This document shows positions 9,619 through 19,529 of a DNA stretch of 64,000 nucleotides, one piece after another. Location of the stretch: the NCBI GenBank assembly GCA_944389185.1, contig CALXLL010000001.1, forward strand, positions 93,014 to 157,013, given 5' to 3'. Position 1 is the stretch's first letter. Each line of letters begins with the position of its first letter. The notes under the pieces were generated by a model that saw nothing but the letters and a program-made list of their open reading frames with translations, was not told the origin of the DNA and did no database searches. Source of the stretch: an uncultured Alphaproteobacteria bacterium. GTDB lineage: Bacteria; Pseudomonadota; Alphaproteobacteria; Rs-D84. The translations under genes were made by a program, and so were the position numbers.

Positions 9619-9876
9619 TTATTTAGCAGCAGCTTTCTTTGCCAAACGAGAAACTTTGCGAGATGCACGTTTCTTTGGCATTGTTTTACCAGCTGCTTTC
9701 ATAATTTTGCTTTCTGCGTTACGTAATGCAGATGTTGCAGCTGCTTTGTCGCCAGATTCAATTGCAACCAAAGCTTTCTTTGTAGCTGTTTTTACAGAAC
9801 TGCGACGTGCTGTGTTAATAGCGTTCTTTTTTGCTGTTACTAATATTCTTTTTTTTGATGACTTATGATTTGCCAC
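9619..9876 (-). CDS. rpsT: 30S ribosomal protein S20
   Basis: MANHKSSKKRILVTAKKNAINTARRS..., 85 aa, basic, classic S20. Confidence 0.85.
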   Translation of the reverse strand: MANHKSSKKRILVTAKKNAINTARRSSVKTATKKALVAIESGDKAAATSALRNAESKIMKAAGKTMPKKRASRKVSRLAKKAAAK

Positions 9877-9949
9877 TTTATTTTCCTTTTATTTTTTAAG
9901 GTTTTCTGCTATTTTATAGAAAACAAAGATAAAATCAAGGAAAAATAAA

Positions 9950-10537
9950 ATGATATATGTAATTACTATAATTATTTCTTATTTGTTAGGTAGCATACCT
10001 ATGGGCTTGGTATTAACGAAAATTGCAGGTAAAGGGGATATTCGTAAAGTAGGTAGCGGTAATATCGGCGCAACGAATGTTATGCGAGTAGGCGGCTTAA
10101 GACTTGCGGGACTTACTTGGATTCTTGATATGCTGAAAGCTATATTTGCCGTTTTTATCGGGGCTTATTTAGTTGATCCAGTCTGGGGGGCTTGGTGCGG
10201 ATTTTTTGCTATTGTTGGACACTGTTTTCCTGTTTGGCTGAAATTTCATGGAGGAAAGGGGATTTCTTGCTTGTTTGGTATTATGCTGGCTGTAAACCCT
10301 TTAATATTTGCCGTGCTTGGTATAGAATGGTTAATAATCTCTTTATCCACGGGGTATTCTTCGTTGGGTGCAATTATAGTTATGTGCTTATTCCCCGTTT
10401 TTGGCTTCGTGATGGGGGGCGGTTTCGGTTGGGCTTTCTTGGCAATAAGTTTGCTTTGTTTGATAAAGCATCATGAAAATATAGGACGCTTGGTCGGTGG
10501 AACCGAATCAAAAATTACATGGAAGTGGAAGAAATAA
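9950..10537 (+). CDS. plsY: glycerol-3-phosphate acyltransferase PlsY
   Basis: LLGSIPMGLVLTK...GSGNIGATNVMRVGG motif; 195 aa membrane protein. Confidence 0.85.
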   Translation: MIYVITIIISYLLGSIPMGLVLTKIAGKGDIRKVGSGNIGATNVMRVGGLRLAGLTWILDMLKAIFAVFIGAYLVDPVWGAWCGFFAIVGHCFPVWLKFHGGKGISCLFGIMLAVNPLIFAVLGIEWLIISLSTGYSSLGAIIVMCLFPVFGFVMGGGFGWAFLAISLLCLIKHHENIGRLVGGTESKITWKWKK

Positions 10538-10635
10538 AGCTTCTTATAAATAAAAAAGCTCTGCTGAATTAAAGTAGAGCTTTATTTTTAAGTCTTTTTT
10601 TGGTATAATATATAAAAATGTAGTAGGGGATAAAT

Positions 10636-11475
10636 ATGAAAAGAATATTTTTTCTTGGTTTGGGAATGTTGCTGTGTGTCAGTTCTTGGGCTGCTGATTC
10701 AGGAACGCAAAGTCGCAGGTCTATGGCTGCACAAGTAATGACAGCGCCCCGTTCAACAGCATCGGTAAATCAGATAAACGCTATGGCAATGGCAAACGTT
10801 GCGTCATCTGAAAGTGCTGCGACTGATAAATCAAGTGTTCAAGCCAATAATAATACATTACCAGATGTTTCTGTTAGCACCGAAGTAGATATGCGTGAAA
10901 AAGAAAAAGCTGCTTGCATAAATAATAATATAGGTATAGGAAATACTTTTGTGTGGGCTTCTCGTTACAGTAATACTAATAATTATGCGACAATGGTAGA
11001 GGATGTGGAAAATCCTGAAAATAATACATGTTTTGTTCGCGTAGAAGTAAAGTCAAATGATGCAAGAGTTGATGTGTCCGACGTTCCTGCTAAGTATTAC
11101 GAATGGGGTAAGACAATAGTATGCGGTTCTTGGGCAGATGAAGATATTTTGAATCAGCGAATATTAGACGCTAAAAAAAGCGGAAGAACTTGGGCTACTA
11201 TAGGTGGTGTAGTAGGTGGTGCCGGTATAGGCGTCGGTGCAATGGAATTATTCGGTAACGAGTTAATTGGCGGTAAAGTAGAAGGTCAGAATAACGAAAA
11301 CTTATCAGAAGCTGAAGTTTTACGTTCTCAGTTGCTAGCTATTAAAGGAACGCCTGATTATAATGACTTTATGGCACTCTTACGTCAATTAAAAGCAGAG
11401 TGTGATAATTGGACAGGTGAAGGTAGGCCGGAAGAATGTTCTGCTTATGATTATGATTTCTTGTTAAATCTTTAA
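10636..11475 (+). CDS. secreted hypothetical protein with C-proximal glycine-zipper hydrophobic segment
   Basis: Signal peptide MKRIFFLGLGMLLCVSSWA; Cys-containing middle; TWATIGGVVGGAGIGVGAMELFG glycine zipper. Confidence 0.4.
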   Translation: MKRIFFLGLGMLLCVSSWAADSGTQSRRSMAAQVMTAPRSTASVNQINAMAMANVASSESAATDKSSVQANNNTLPDVSVSTEVDMREKEKAACINNNIGIGNTFVWASRYSNTNNYATMVEDVENPENNTCFVRVEVKSNDARVDVSDVPAKYYEWGKTIVCGSWADEDILNQRILDAKKSGRTWATIGGVVGGAGIGVGAMELFGNELIGGKVEGQNNENLSEAEVLRSQLLAIKGTPDYNDFMALLRQLKAECDNWTGEGRPEECSAYDYDFLLNL

Positions 11476-11479
11476 AAAT

Positions 11480-11498
11480 CGCCCGAAAGGGCGTTTTT
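11480..11498 (+). terminator. rho-independent terminator
   Basis: cgccc-GAAA-gggcg hairpin (GNRA loop) followed by ttttt. Confidence 0.5.
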
Positions 11499-11545
11499 AA
11501 TAAAGTGCTTTTGTTTTATATCAATTTATTTCTATACTATGACTT

Positions 11546-12568
11546 ATGAAAGAAGATATTTTATATAAATTGTTATTATTACGCACACCAAAAATTGGTG
11601 CGGTTAAATATAACGAATTGATAAAGCAATTTGGAAGCGCAAAAAACGCAGCAGAAAGTTTAAAAAATACTTCTGTATACGATTCGGTCTTACGGGAAAT
11701 AGAGCAGGCTGAAAAGCTGGGTATACATTTTATATCTGACGATGATGATTTTTATCCTGTAAATCTAAAGGAAATTAAAAATCATCCACCTGTAATTTCT
11801 GTTAGGGGTAATTTAGATACTTTGTTAAAAGATGCTGTAAGTATAGTGGGGACAAGACATGCAACCGTTGCAGGTATGAGGCTAATATCTGAAATAGCTG
11901 AGCGATTCGCTTCTAATAATTATTCCGTTGTTTCGGGTATGGCAATAGGAAGTGATTCAGCGGCACATATGGGGGCTTTAAATGCGGTCGGTAACGGTCA
12001 GACAATTGCGGTTTTGGCTGGCGGAGTAGATTATATATGGCCACTGGAAAACGAATCTTTATATCACAAAATAATAGATCGAGGTGCCATAATTAGTGAA
12101 ATGCCACTTGGGTTTATACCAAAGGGGCAAAACTTTGCACAAAGGAATCGTTGGATTGCTGGAATAGGTGAAAAACTTGTTTTAGGAGAAGCCGATTTAG
12201 CATCGGGGTCTATGCTGACTGCTCGATTCGCACTTAGTTACGGAAGAAAACTATATGCAATTCCGTCACATCCTTTAGATGCAAGGGCTGTGGGTCCAAA
12301 TACTTTAATAAAAAATGGATTGGCAGAATTGTGTATGGGGGCAGATGATTTTTTTCATAAAGAAAAAAAGAATGACTTTGAAAAGATAAAAGAAGAAAAA
12401 ATAAAAAAAGACGATTCGCTTTTAGATAAAATAGGAACAATTCCAGTGTCCGAATCTGTATTGGCAGAAGTTGTCAAAAAATCAGTTGCGGAAATTAAAA
12501 GTGAATTAGTGGTTCTAGAATTGCAAGGTTTAATAAGAAAACAAGACGGTGGTTACGTCCGTTTATAA
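11546..12568 (+). CDS. dprA: DNA processing protein DprA (Smf)
   Basis: VSIVGTRHATVAGMRLISEIA...SGMAIGSDSAAHMGAL...AIPSHPLD, the Rossmann-like DprA core. Confidence 0.7.
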   Translation: MKEDILYKLLLLRTPKIGAVKYNELIKQFGSAKNAAESLKNTSVYDSVLREIEQAEKLGIHFISDDDDFYPVNLKEIKNHPPVISVRGNLDTLLKDAVSIVGTRHATVAGMRLISEIAERFASNNYSVVSGMAIGSDSAAHMGALNAVGNGQTIAVLAGGVDYIWPLENESLYHKIIDRGAIISEMPLGFIPKGQNFAQRNRWIAGIGEKLVLGEADLASGSMLTARFALSYGRKLYAIPSHPLDARAVGPNTLIKNGLAELCMGADDFFHKEKKNDFEKIKEEKIKKDDSLLDKIGTIPVSESVLAEVVKKSVAEIKSELVVLELQGLIRKQDGGYVRL

Positions 12569-12577
12569 AATAAAAAA

Positions 12578-12598
12578 TGTATATACAGTGTATATACA
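12578..12598. repeat. tandem duplication of the self-complementary decamer TGTATATACA
   Basis: tgtatatacaG tgtatataca, directly after the dprA stop in the dnaA upstream region. Confidence 0.6.
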
Positions 12599-12921
12599 AA
12601 GTGCGGAAATCTGGCAAAAAAACGAATCGTTGTCAAAAAATAAATGTTGAAAAATCGTTCAACATTTTGTTGAAAACTTAATTTAATCTTATAACTTATT
12701 TTACGTATCCAAAACCGATTGAGAAACATCAATCACAAACGCGAGAGAGTAAAAAGTAGGAATCTTAACTTTGTAACGTTTAAATAAAATACGATTACAA
12801 AGAATTAAGTAACAAGAAACATAGATTACTGAACGTTCAGTTAATTTAGCGTTTCTGTGCAGGTGTTTTTTACACTCTTGTGCGGCAGGAAACTCTTTTA
12901 AGGAAGGAAAGGAGAAACGAC

Positions 12922-14211
12922 ATGCAGACAGCAGCTATAAAAACAAATATGACTAACTTGGAAACAATCAAGGAGGCCATAGCTGCAAAAATGGATTCTG
13001 CCAGTTTCACTTCTTGGATTGCCCCCTTAAACTTTTCTATTTGTGACGGTGATTTAGTATTATCTGCTCAGAATCAATTCTCTGCTGATTTTATAGGCAG
13101 TGTTCATTCGGGGGTTCTTAATGCAGTTGCTGCAGAATTCGGTTTGGGTTTAAAAATATGCGTTCGTAATTCTGTGAACGCGGTTAAGAATATTGCTAAT
13201 GATAATAATGTTCAAGTTTATGCACCCGTTGCAGATGTCGTAAAAAAAGAATCTGATGAAAAAGCATTCGATTCTTTCGTTGCATGTGAAGAAAATGCTT
13301 TTGTATTGTCTGCTTGTAAGAAAGTTGCGGCGGGTAAAGTTTCTTTCTCGCCGTTGTTTATTTATGGACCTGCTGGTTGCGGTAAAAGCTTGTTGCTGGA
13401 TTGTATTAACAGTTCTTCTTTCGGTCGTTGCGTTATGATGACAGGGGCTCAGTTCGTAGCAGAGTTTACTCGCAGCCTTCAAAATCGCAGCGTATTTGCT
13501 TTCAAAGATTTTTGTCGTAATTGTGATACTTTTATCTTGGACGATGTTCAGACTTTGGCTGGTAAGCGTGCAAGTTGTGAAGAGTTTTTACAATTAGTTA
13601 TGGATTTGCGCTTGGTGGGTAAAAATGTTGTTATATCAGCTAATGCGGCGCCAAATAACTTATCTGGTTTCGACCGTCGTATGCAGTCTTTGCTTGCTTC
13701 CGGATTGGTTGCCGATGTTATCGCACCAAATGCAAATGTTAAACGCGTGATGTTAATGCGTGCCGGTGTTGAAATGGATGTTGCTGAAGCTTTGTCCGCA
13801 AGAATTGCTGGTAACGGTCATTTAATTGGCGGTGTTGCAAATAAAATAAGAACCTATAAAGAATTAATGGGGACGGTCGTTGATATGAATGTTGCAGAAC
13901 GTTTATTGGCAGATTCTTTGCAAAAAGCAAAAACACCTGTTGCAATGGTAAAGGCTATGTGTGAAAAGCTGGGGGTTACTTATGAAGCGGTTTGCGGTAA
14001 AGGTCGTAATCGTTCTTTAGTTTTGGCACGTCAGATAATGATGGTAGTTTTGAAAGAAGCAACAGGTTTGTCTTTATCAGAAATAGGTATTTATTGTGGT
14101 AATCGTGATCATGCAACAGTTTTATATGCAATTGGTCAGATAGAAAAATTAAAGCAGACAGATTTAGTTTTAGCCGCACAAATAAATCAATTAGTTGCAG
14201 AATGCAAGTAA
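12922..14211 (+). CDS. dnaA: chromosomal replication initiator protein DnaA
   Basis: N-terminal FTSWIAPL; Walker A LFIYGPAGCGKSLLL; DDVQTLAGK sensor; C-terminal DNA-binding CGNRDHATVLYAIGQIEKL. Start placed at the ATG preceded by ggaaaggag rather than the ORF-track start at 12880. Confidence 0.85.
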   Translation: MQTAAIKTNMTNLETIKEAIAAKMDSASFTSWIAPLNFSICDGDLVLSAQNQFSADFIGSVHSGVLNAVAAEFGLGLKICVRNSVNAVKNIANDNNVQVYAPVADVVKKESDEKAFDSFVACEENAFVLSACKKVAAGKVSFSPLFIYGPAGCGKSLLLDCINSSSFGRCVMMTGAQFVAEFTRSLQNRSVFAFKDFCRNCDTFILDDVQTLAGKRASCEEFLQLVMDLRLVGKNVVISANAAPNNLSGFDRRMQSLLASGLVADVIAPNANVKRVMLMRAGVEMDVAEALSARIAGNGHLIGGVANKIRTYKELMGTVVDMNVAERLLADSLQKAKTPVAMVKAMCEKLGVTYEAVCGKGRNRSLVLARQIMMVVLKEATGLSLSEIGIYCGNRDHATVLYAIGQIEKLKQTDLVLAAQINQLVAECK

Positions 14212-14291
14212 AAATATACATTTCTCTTTGAGATAGTTCTTAAAATGTGATAAAATTAGCGTGATAAGTAAATATATTTCGGGGGGAAAAT

Positions 14292-15476
14292 ATGAAAAAA
14301 ATATTTCTGCTGTTACCTGTTTTGTTTTTCTTTGTTCCAGGTTTAGTTATGGCTGGACCAGGTTGTGTTCCAGTGTCTTGTAACGAATCCACGGGTAATG
14401 ATAGATTAAATGCGGATACTATTGATATATCTAGACAAGATAGGAAACAAGCGTCTAGGTGTTATATTTGTGAAGATGGTTATTGTGAAGATGGAGACGT
14501 AGTTTATAATAAAACTTTTACCAAGTTTGCCGTATGTAAACAATCTTGGGGGTGGATTGGAGATGATAAATGGCAAGAGTTTACACCGCAGTATTGCACG
14601 GATAAATTAGATTTAAGTAGTGCTGCAACACCCGAATCTGGGTTGCAGAAAATGTGGTTGATTGAAGGGGTTTCTTATGAAGATGGTCAAGTTAGTGCTT
14701 TAGGTGGTAAATCTTATGCGTCTGGTAATAATATTTGCTATTATTATGATTGTCCAGATGGAAGTTATTTGGATTCTTCTTCTAAAAAGTGCGTTTTTCA
14801 ACAACTTGAAACGCCAGCAACAACTGTAGCCGCAACAGCCCCAAAGCCAACTATAACACCGACCGTTCCAACGTCGCCTGTAACATCATCTAAACCGACG
14901 CCGGCCATCACAGATTCGCCAAATGAAAACAATAAAAATGTTGAGTTCTCTTGTCCAGATTCAGATTTACAAAACATTTATATGTGGCAAAGTCAATATG
15001 CAACAAATCCTGAGATTTCTTCTCTTATATCAAACATTTTGACATATTGTTTTGAAACAAATGATATAGAAGAATATCAGTTTAGAACTTATATGGATAG
15101 ATTAAAAGTTTTGATAGAAGTTCAACAAAATTTGGCTGATGAAGCTCAAAAAGCTTCAGAATTAGCTAAGCAACAACAGTTATTACAACAGCAGAACGCG
15201 GCAAAAGAACGCATAGCATCTATCGTGAATAATTTAGACCAAAAAGCTACTAATTTTAAGCGATCGGATTGGAAAAATGAAGATGGTAAGTTTAATACTT
15301 CCCGCCTTATATCAGATTCAGTCGCTGGCGTCGTATTGGGAACTGCTGGCGGACTTATTACCAGCAGCGTAGTTAAAAAAAGCCAAGTTAAATCCGGTTT
15401 CGAAGACCTTAATTGTGCTATCGGCGGTCAAGTCGTGGCAGGTTGGGGCGATGAATTCCTTGTCGGTATCCAATAA
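14292..15476 (+). CDS. secreted Cys-rich / Pro-Thr linker / Q-rich coiled-coil protein with C-terminal glycine zipper
   Basis: Signal peptide; many Cys in the N-terminal third; PTITPTVPTSPVTSSKPTP linker; QQQLLQQQ coiled coil; GVVLGTAGGLITSSVV near the C-terminus. Confidence 0.4.
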   Translation: MKKIFLLLPVLFFFVPGLVMAGPGCVPVSCNESTGNDRLNADTIDISRQDRKQASRCYICEDGYCEDGDVVYNKTFTKFAVCKQSWGWIGDDKWQEFTPQYCTDKLDLSSAATPESGLQKMWLIEGVSYEDGQVSALGGKSYASGNNICYYYDCPDGSYLDSSSKKCVFQQLETPATTVAATAPKPTITPTVPTSPVTSSKPTPAITDSPNENNKNVEFSCPDSDLQNIYMWQSQYATNPEISSLISNILTYCFETNDIEEYQFRTYMDRLKVLIEVQQNLADEAQKASELAKQQQLLQQQNAAKERIASIVNNLDQKATNFKRSDWKNEDGKFNTSRLISDSVAGVVLGTAGGLITSSVVKKSQVKSGFEDLNCAIGGQVVAGWGDEFLVGIQ

Positions 15477-15505
15477 TATTCATAAGATGAGGAATATTTA
15501 AAATA

Positions 15506-15539
15506 AAACGCCGATTTTAATCGGCGTTTTATTTTTTTT
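15506..15539 (+). terminator. rho-independent terminator (bidirectional; convergent with parE)
   Basis: aaacgccga/tcggcgttt stem with a long T-run; an A-run precedes it. Confidence 0.5.
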
Positions 15540-15561
15540 CTCGCATTATTGTTACTAATTT

Positions 15562-17541
15562 CTATAAAAATAGGTCTTTAACAAATTGAGCATGCTCGGT
15601 TATAAACTTAAATCTGAATTCTGGCTTTTTACCCATCAGTTCAGATACTATCGTTCTTGTCTTCTCTGTATCTTCTGCACCGTCGTCTGTTCTTGGCGGT
15701 AATTCTACGCGTATTAATCGGCGGGTCTTCGGTGACATTGTCGTTTCTTTTAATTGATTCGGCATCATTTCACCCAGCCCTTTAAATCTTGATATTTCTA
15801 TCTTCTTATTTTTATATTTACCGTTTTTAAGATTTTCAAGCTCTTCATCCGAATCTACATAAATAGAATCTGTTCCGCATGTTAACTTATATAACGGCGG
15901 ACAAGATAAATATAAATGACCACCATAAATTAATTGCGGCATACACTGATAGAAAAACGCCATCAAAAGTGATGCTATATGACTGCCATCAACGTCAGCA
16001 TCGGTCATTACTATTATCTTTTCGTATCTTAATTTATTTTCGTCCCAATCTTTTGCGGTGCCAGCACCTATAATGTCTATTAATTCGTTTAGCTCTTTAT
16101 TCGCAACAAATCTTTCGTCCGAATTAGATATAACGTTTAATACCTTACCGCGAAGCGGCATAATAGCTTGTGTCGCTCTATCTCGTGCTTGTTTCGCAGT
16201 TCCTCCAGCCGATTCTCCTTCTACTATAAAAAGTTCCGTTCCTTCTATGCCATGCTTAGAGCAATCTGCAAGCTTTGCCGGCATACGAATCCTTTTTGTC
16301 GGGGTTTTTCTTGCTATATCTTTTACTTGCTTCGTTTTAATTCTTGCATTGGCAAGGTTTATTACGAAGTCTAGTAATGTATTTGCTGTTTTCGGATCTG
16401 ATGCTAGAAATATTTCCCATGGGTCGCGTAAAGCATTTTCTGTAAATCTTGCCACTTCAGGATTTGATAATTTTTCTTTTGTTTGACCTAAAAACTGAGG
16501 ACTTTTATAAAATACAGATACTATCGCTGCCACAGAATCAAAAACATCTTCACTTATAATGGATGCCGCAGATTTATTATTTATCTTTTCACCATAGGCT
16601 TTTATTCCTTTTGTTATAGCAGACTTAAAACCTGTTTCGTGCGTTCCACCGTCTATTGTTGCAATAGTATTACAATAAGACGCAAAAAACCCATCGTCTG
16701 ACGCAGCACCATTTTCATCGGTTAAAAAAGTCAAAGCCCATTCAATGCGACCGGAATCGTCTGGAAAATCAACGCTGCCACTAAAAATCTTGGGTAATAT
16801 TCTTGGCTTATTATTCGTTCTTTCTTCTAAAAAATCGGCAACCCCGTTCGGATAATAAAATACTGTATCCGAAGGAATATTCATATCTTCTGTTAATAAT
16901 TCTGGGTTGCAATGCCATTCTATTTTTACGCCTTTTGATAAGAATGCTTTTGCCCTTGCCATACGATATATTTTTATCGGCTTGAATACAGCACTTGGTC
17001 CAAAGATTTCATCATCTAAAGTAAATTGTATGTCTGTGCCATGACCCTTACTTTCTTCCATTCTTGTCATTGCGCTTGTAGGTTTACCCCTGGAAAACGT
17101 TTGGCGCCATTTATAACCGTCCCTGGTTATAACAACAATCATTTCAGAGCTTAATGCATTAACTACTGCGCTTCCTACACCATGCAAACCACCACTGGTT
17201 TTATATACATTGTTATTGAATTTACCCCCAGAATGAAGCGTGGTAAGTATAACTTCTAATGCAGACTTACCGGGATACTTTGGGTGCTCGTCAACTGGTA
17301 TTCCACGCCCGTCATCAATTATACGAATTGTTTTTGAATCTATTAAATTAACAGTTATTTTTTTCGCAAAACCAGCGACCGCTTCGTCAATAGAGTTATC
17401 CATAATCTCTATCGGTAAATGGTGCCAAGCTTTTTCGTCTGTCCCACCTATATACATACCAGGACGAAGACGAACTGGTTCCAGACCTTCTAATACCTGA
17501 ATATCAGAAGCGTCGTATGTGTGTGTATTATTTTCTGTCAT
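15562..17541 (-). CDS. parE: type IIA topoisomerase B subunit, ParE-like (topoisomerase IV subunit B) by length
   Basis: GHKL ATPase and TOPRIM motifs (LEGLEPVRLRPGMYIGGT...EGESAGG). At 659 aa it lacks the ~170-aa GyrB-specific insertion. Confidence 0.6.
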   Translation of the reverse strand: MTENNTHTYDASDIQVLEGLEPVRLRPGMYIGGTDEKAWHHLPIEIMDNSIDEAVAGFAKKITVNLIDSKTIRIIDDGRGIPVDEHPKYPGKSALEVILTTLHSGGKFNNNVYKTSGGLHGVGSAVVNALSSEMIVVITRDGYKWRQTFSRGKPTSAMTRMEESKGHGTDIQFTLDDEIFGPSAVFKPIKIYRMARAKAFLSKGVKIEWHCNPELLTEDMNIPSDTVFYYPNGVADFLEERTNNKPRILPKIFSGSVDFPDDSGRIEWALTFLTDENGAASDDGFFASYCNTIATIDGGTHETGFKSAITKGIKAYGEKINNKSAASIISEDVFDSVAAIVSVFYKSPQFLGQTKEKLSNPEVARFTENALRDPWEIFLASDPKTANTLLDFVINLANARIKTKQVKDIARKTPTKRIRMPAKLADCSKHGIEGTELFIVEGESAGGTAKQARDRATQAIMPLRGKVLNVISNSDERFVANKELNELIDIIGAGTAKDWDENKLRYEKIIVMTDADVDGSHIASLLMAFFYQCMPQLIYGGHLYLSCPPLYKLTCGTDSIYVDSDEELENLKNGKYKNKKIEISRFKGLGEMMPNQLKETTMSPKTRRLIRVELPPRTDDGAEDTEKTRTIVSELMGKKPEFRFKFITEHAQFVKDLFL

Positions 17542-17623
17542 ATCTTTATTTCTAACTTTTTATTAATATTTTATTATTATAACAATTTTTGTTTTTTAGC
17601 AAGCGAAAGAATTAACTGTCGGG

Positions 17624-17651
17624 CTTGATTTTTCTTATAATATACTTATAT
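17624..17651 (+). promoter_or_regulatory. candidate sigma32 (RpoH)-type heat-shock promoter upstream of dnaJ
   Basis: CTTG-N17-CTTATAT matches the alphaproteobacterial sigma32 consensus CTTG-N17/18-CYTATNT; it lies ~38 nt upstream of the dnaJ ATG. Confidence 0.35.
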
Positions 17652-17689
17652 ATTTCCCAAGAAATGTAAAAACAATATGGGATAAAAAG

Positions 17690-18826
17690 ATGAATAAAAA
17701 TCCTTATGAAGTTTTAGGAGTGTCAAAAAACGCTTCGGAAGAAGATATTAAAAAAGCGTATCATAAATTAGTTATGAAGTATCATCCTGATAAAAATCCA
17801 GGTGATAAAGATGCCGAAGAAAAGTTTAAAGAAGTTAATAACGCCTTTGATATTTTAAAAGACCCGCAGAAACGTGCTGCTTATGATAGATTTGGTGATG
17901 CGGCTTTTGCTGGTGGTAATGCTTCGGGGGCGAATCCTTTCGGGGCTGGGGCAAATCCGTTTGGAAACGGGGCTTTCCATTTTGATATGGGGGGCGGTGC
18001 TGCTGGTATGGAAGATATTTTACGTGAAGCTATGCGTGGGTTTGGGTTCGCTGGTTTCGGCGGTGGAACAAATAACAGAACTTCTGCAAAATCAGGTCGT
18101 GATTTGTTGGATGAAGTTGTAATAGATTTAAAAGATGCTTATTTTGGGAAAACTCATACCGTAAAATTTTCAAGTAACGTTAAGTGTGAAAAGTGTTCCG
18201 GGTATGGAACGGCAGATGGTAAGCCTGCGCCAGTTTGTTCAAGATGCGGTGGAACAGGTTTCGTTCATACTCAGCGCGGTTTTTTTGCTATGGAAACGCC
18301 TTGCCCAGATTGTAATGGGTTGGGACATAAAATTGATAAAAAATGCTCGGAATGCGATGGAACCGGAACTGTTCATAAAAATAGAACTTTGGAAGTAAAA
18401 ATACCTGCCGGCATAGAAGATGGTGCCAGACTTCGTTTGGCAGGTCAAGGAGAGGCCGGCGTAAACGGTGGTCCCGCAGGTGATTTTTATTTAGATGTTC
18501 ATATTCGTCCTGATAAGCGATTTGAAAGAGTCGGTAGCGATTTGATTATGCACGTAGAGGTGCCGTTTACTACGCTTGCGCTGGGTGGTGAGATAGACAT
18601 AAGGACGATAGACGATAAAGATTTATCGGTAAAAGTTCCTGCTGGTACGCAAGTTGGTGAGAAATTACGTGTTCGTGGTCACGGTATGCCAGGAAGAAGG
18701 GCAGGTTCGTTTGGTGACTTGTATATAGAAATCGGTATAAGTATACCTACGAAACTAACCGAAAAGCAAAAGAAAATATTAAAAGATTTTTCAGAGACGA
18801 AACCCGCAAAGAAAGGTTGGTTTTAA
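17690..18826 (+). CDS. dnaJ: chaperone DnaJ
   Basis: J-domain with HPD (YHPDKNPGD); G/F-rich region; four CxxCxGxG zinc-finger repeats. Confidence 0.85.
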   Translation: MNKNPYEVLGVSKNASEEDIKKAYHKLVMKYHPDKNPGDKDAEEKFKEVNNAFDILKDPQKRAAYDRFGDAAFAGGNASGANPFGAGANPFGNGAFHFDMGGGAAGMEDILREAMRGFGFAGFGGGTNNRTSAKSGRDLLDEVVIDLKDAYFGKTHTVKFSSNVKCEKCSGYGTADGKPAPVCSRCGGTGFVHTQRGFFAMETPCPDCNGLGHKIDKKCSECDGTGTVHKNRTLEVKIPAGIEDGARLRLAGQGEAGVNGGPAGDFYLDVHIRPDKRFERVGSDLIMHVEVPFTTLALGGEIDIRTIDDKDLSVKVPAGTQVGEKLRVRGHGMPGRRAGSFGDLYIEIGISIPTKLTEKQKKILKDFSETKPAKKGWF

Positions 18827-18836
18827 AGTATAAAAA

Positions 18837-18876
18837 CGCGCTATGTGCAGTAATTTGTGCACATAGCGCGTTTTTT
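18837..18876 (+). terminator. rho-independent terminator (bidirectional; convergent with pgsA)
   Basis: 13-bp perfect stem cgcgctatgtgca/tgcacatagcgcg followed by tttttt. Confidence 0.5.
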
Positions 18877-18885
18877 GTTGCTTGT

Positions 18886-19485
18886 TTATTTTATCTTTTT
18901 TAACTTTTCTGCAAATGTGATTGTGTATTGCGTTGCAGACCATACGCTTGCAAGTAATGACAACCACAAACCCCATATACCAATCTGTGGTAATAAGGCA
19001 ATCAAGTATACAGTTGTTTGACCGGCGTCACCGCTTAGAACAAAATTACCAAGAGCAAATAAAAGTAAAAATGCACAGATTGAAATCATTTGTAATGTAG
19101 TTTTTATCTTGCCCATGGAAAAGCGAGCTTTTGGAACTGGCATTTCCATTTTTTGGGTTCCTAAAAATTCGCGCAAACCGCTGATATATAACTCGCGAGC
19201 TATCATTAATATAATAGGAACGACTATAAACCATATCGGCATTAAAGAGCTTAACATTATTAAAGTTATTGCAACTAATAATTTGTCCCCTATGTGATCC
19301 ATTACACCGCCAAGCTTGGTGCAAACGTTATATTTTCTTGCAAAGAAACCGTCAAACCAATCAGATAAAGCGGCTAATACAAATACGATAAACGCGGTTT
19401 TGTATAAGCCGAACATTAAAATTGGTATCATGGCAAAAGATGCAATTATTCTGAAAATTGATAAAAGATTAACGAAAACTTTCAT
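18886..19485 (-). CDS. pgsA: CDP-alcohol phosphatidyltransferase (PgsA-like)
   Basis: DWFDGFFARKYNVCTKLGGVMDHIGDKLL is the CDP-OH phosphatidyltransferase signature; 199 aa membrane protein. Confidence 0.7.
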   Translation of the reverse strand: MKVFVNLLSIFRIIASFAMIPILMFGLYKTAFIVFVLAALSDWFDGFFARKYNVCTKLGGVMDHIGDKLLVAITLIMLSSLMPIWFIVVPIILMIARELYISGLREFLGTQKMEMPVPKARFSMGKIKTTLQMISICAFLLLFALGNFVLSGDAGQTTVYLIALLPQIGIWGLWLSLLASVWSATQYTITFAEKLKKIK

Positions 19486-19529
19486 ATTTTTCTCCTTTAA
19501 TATATATGAATAATATAATTATACCACTT

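Noticed and set aside
9545-9868. 107-aa plus-strand ORF overlapping rpsT
   Set aside because: It is antisense to a clear S20 gene. Spurious.
15562-17541. Calling this gene gyrB
   Set aside because: At 659 aa it lacks the ~170-aa insertion characteristic of proteobacterial GyrB. It is called ParE-like, but without gyrA/parC context this remains uncertain.
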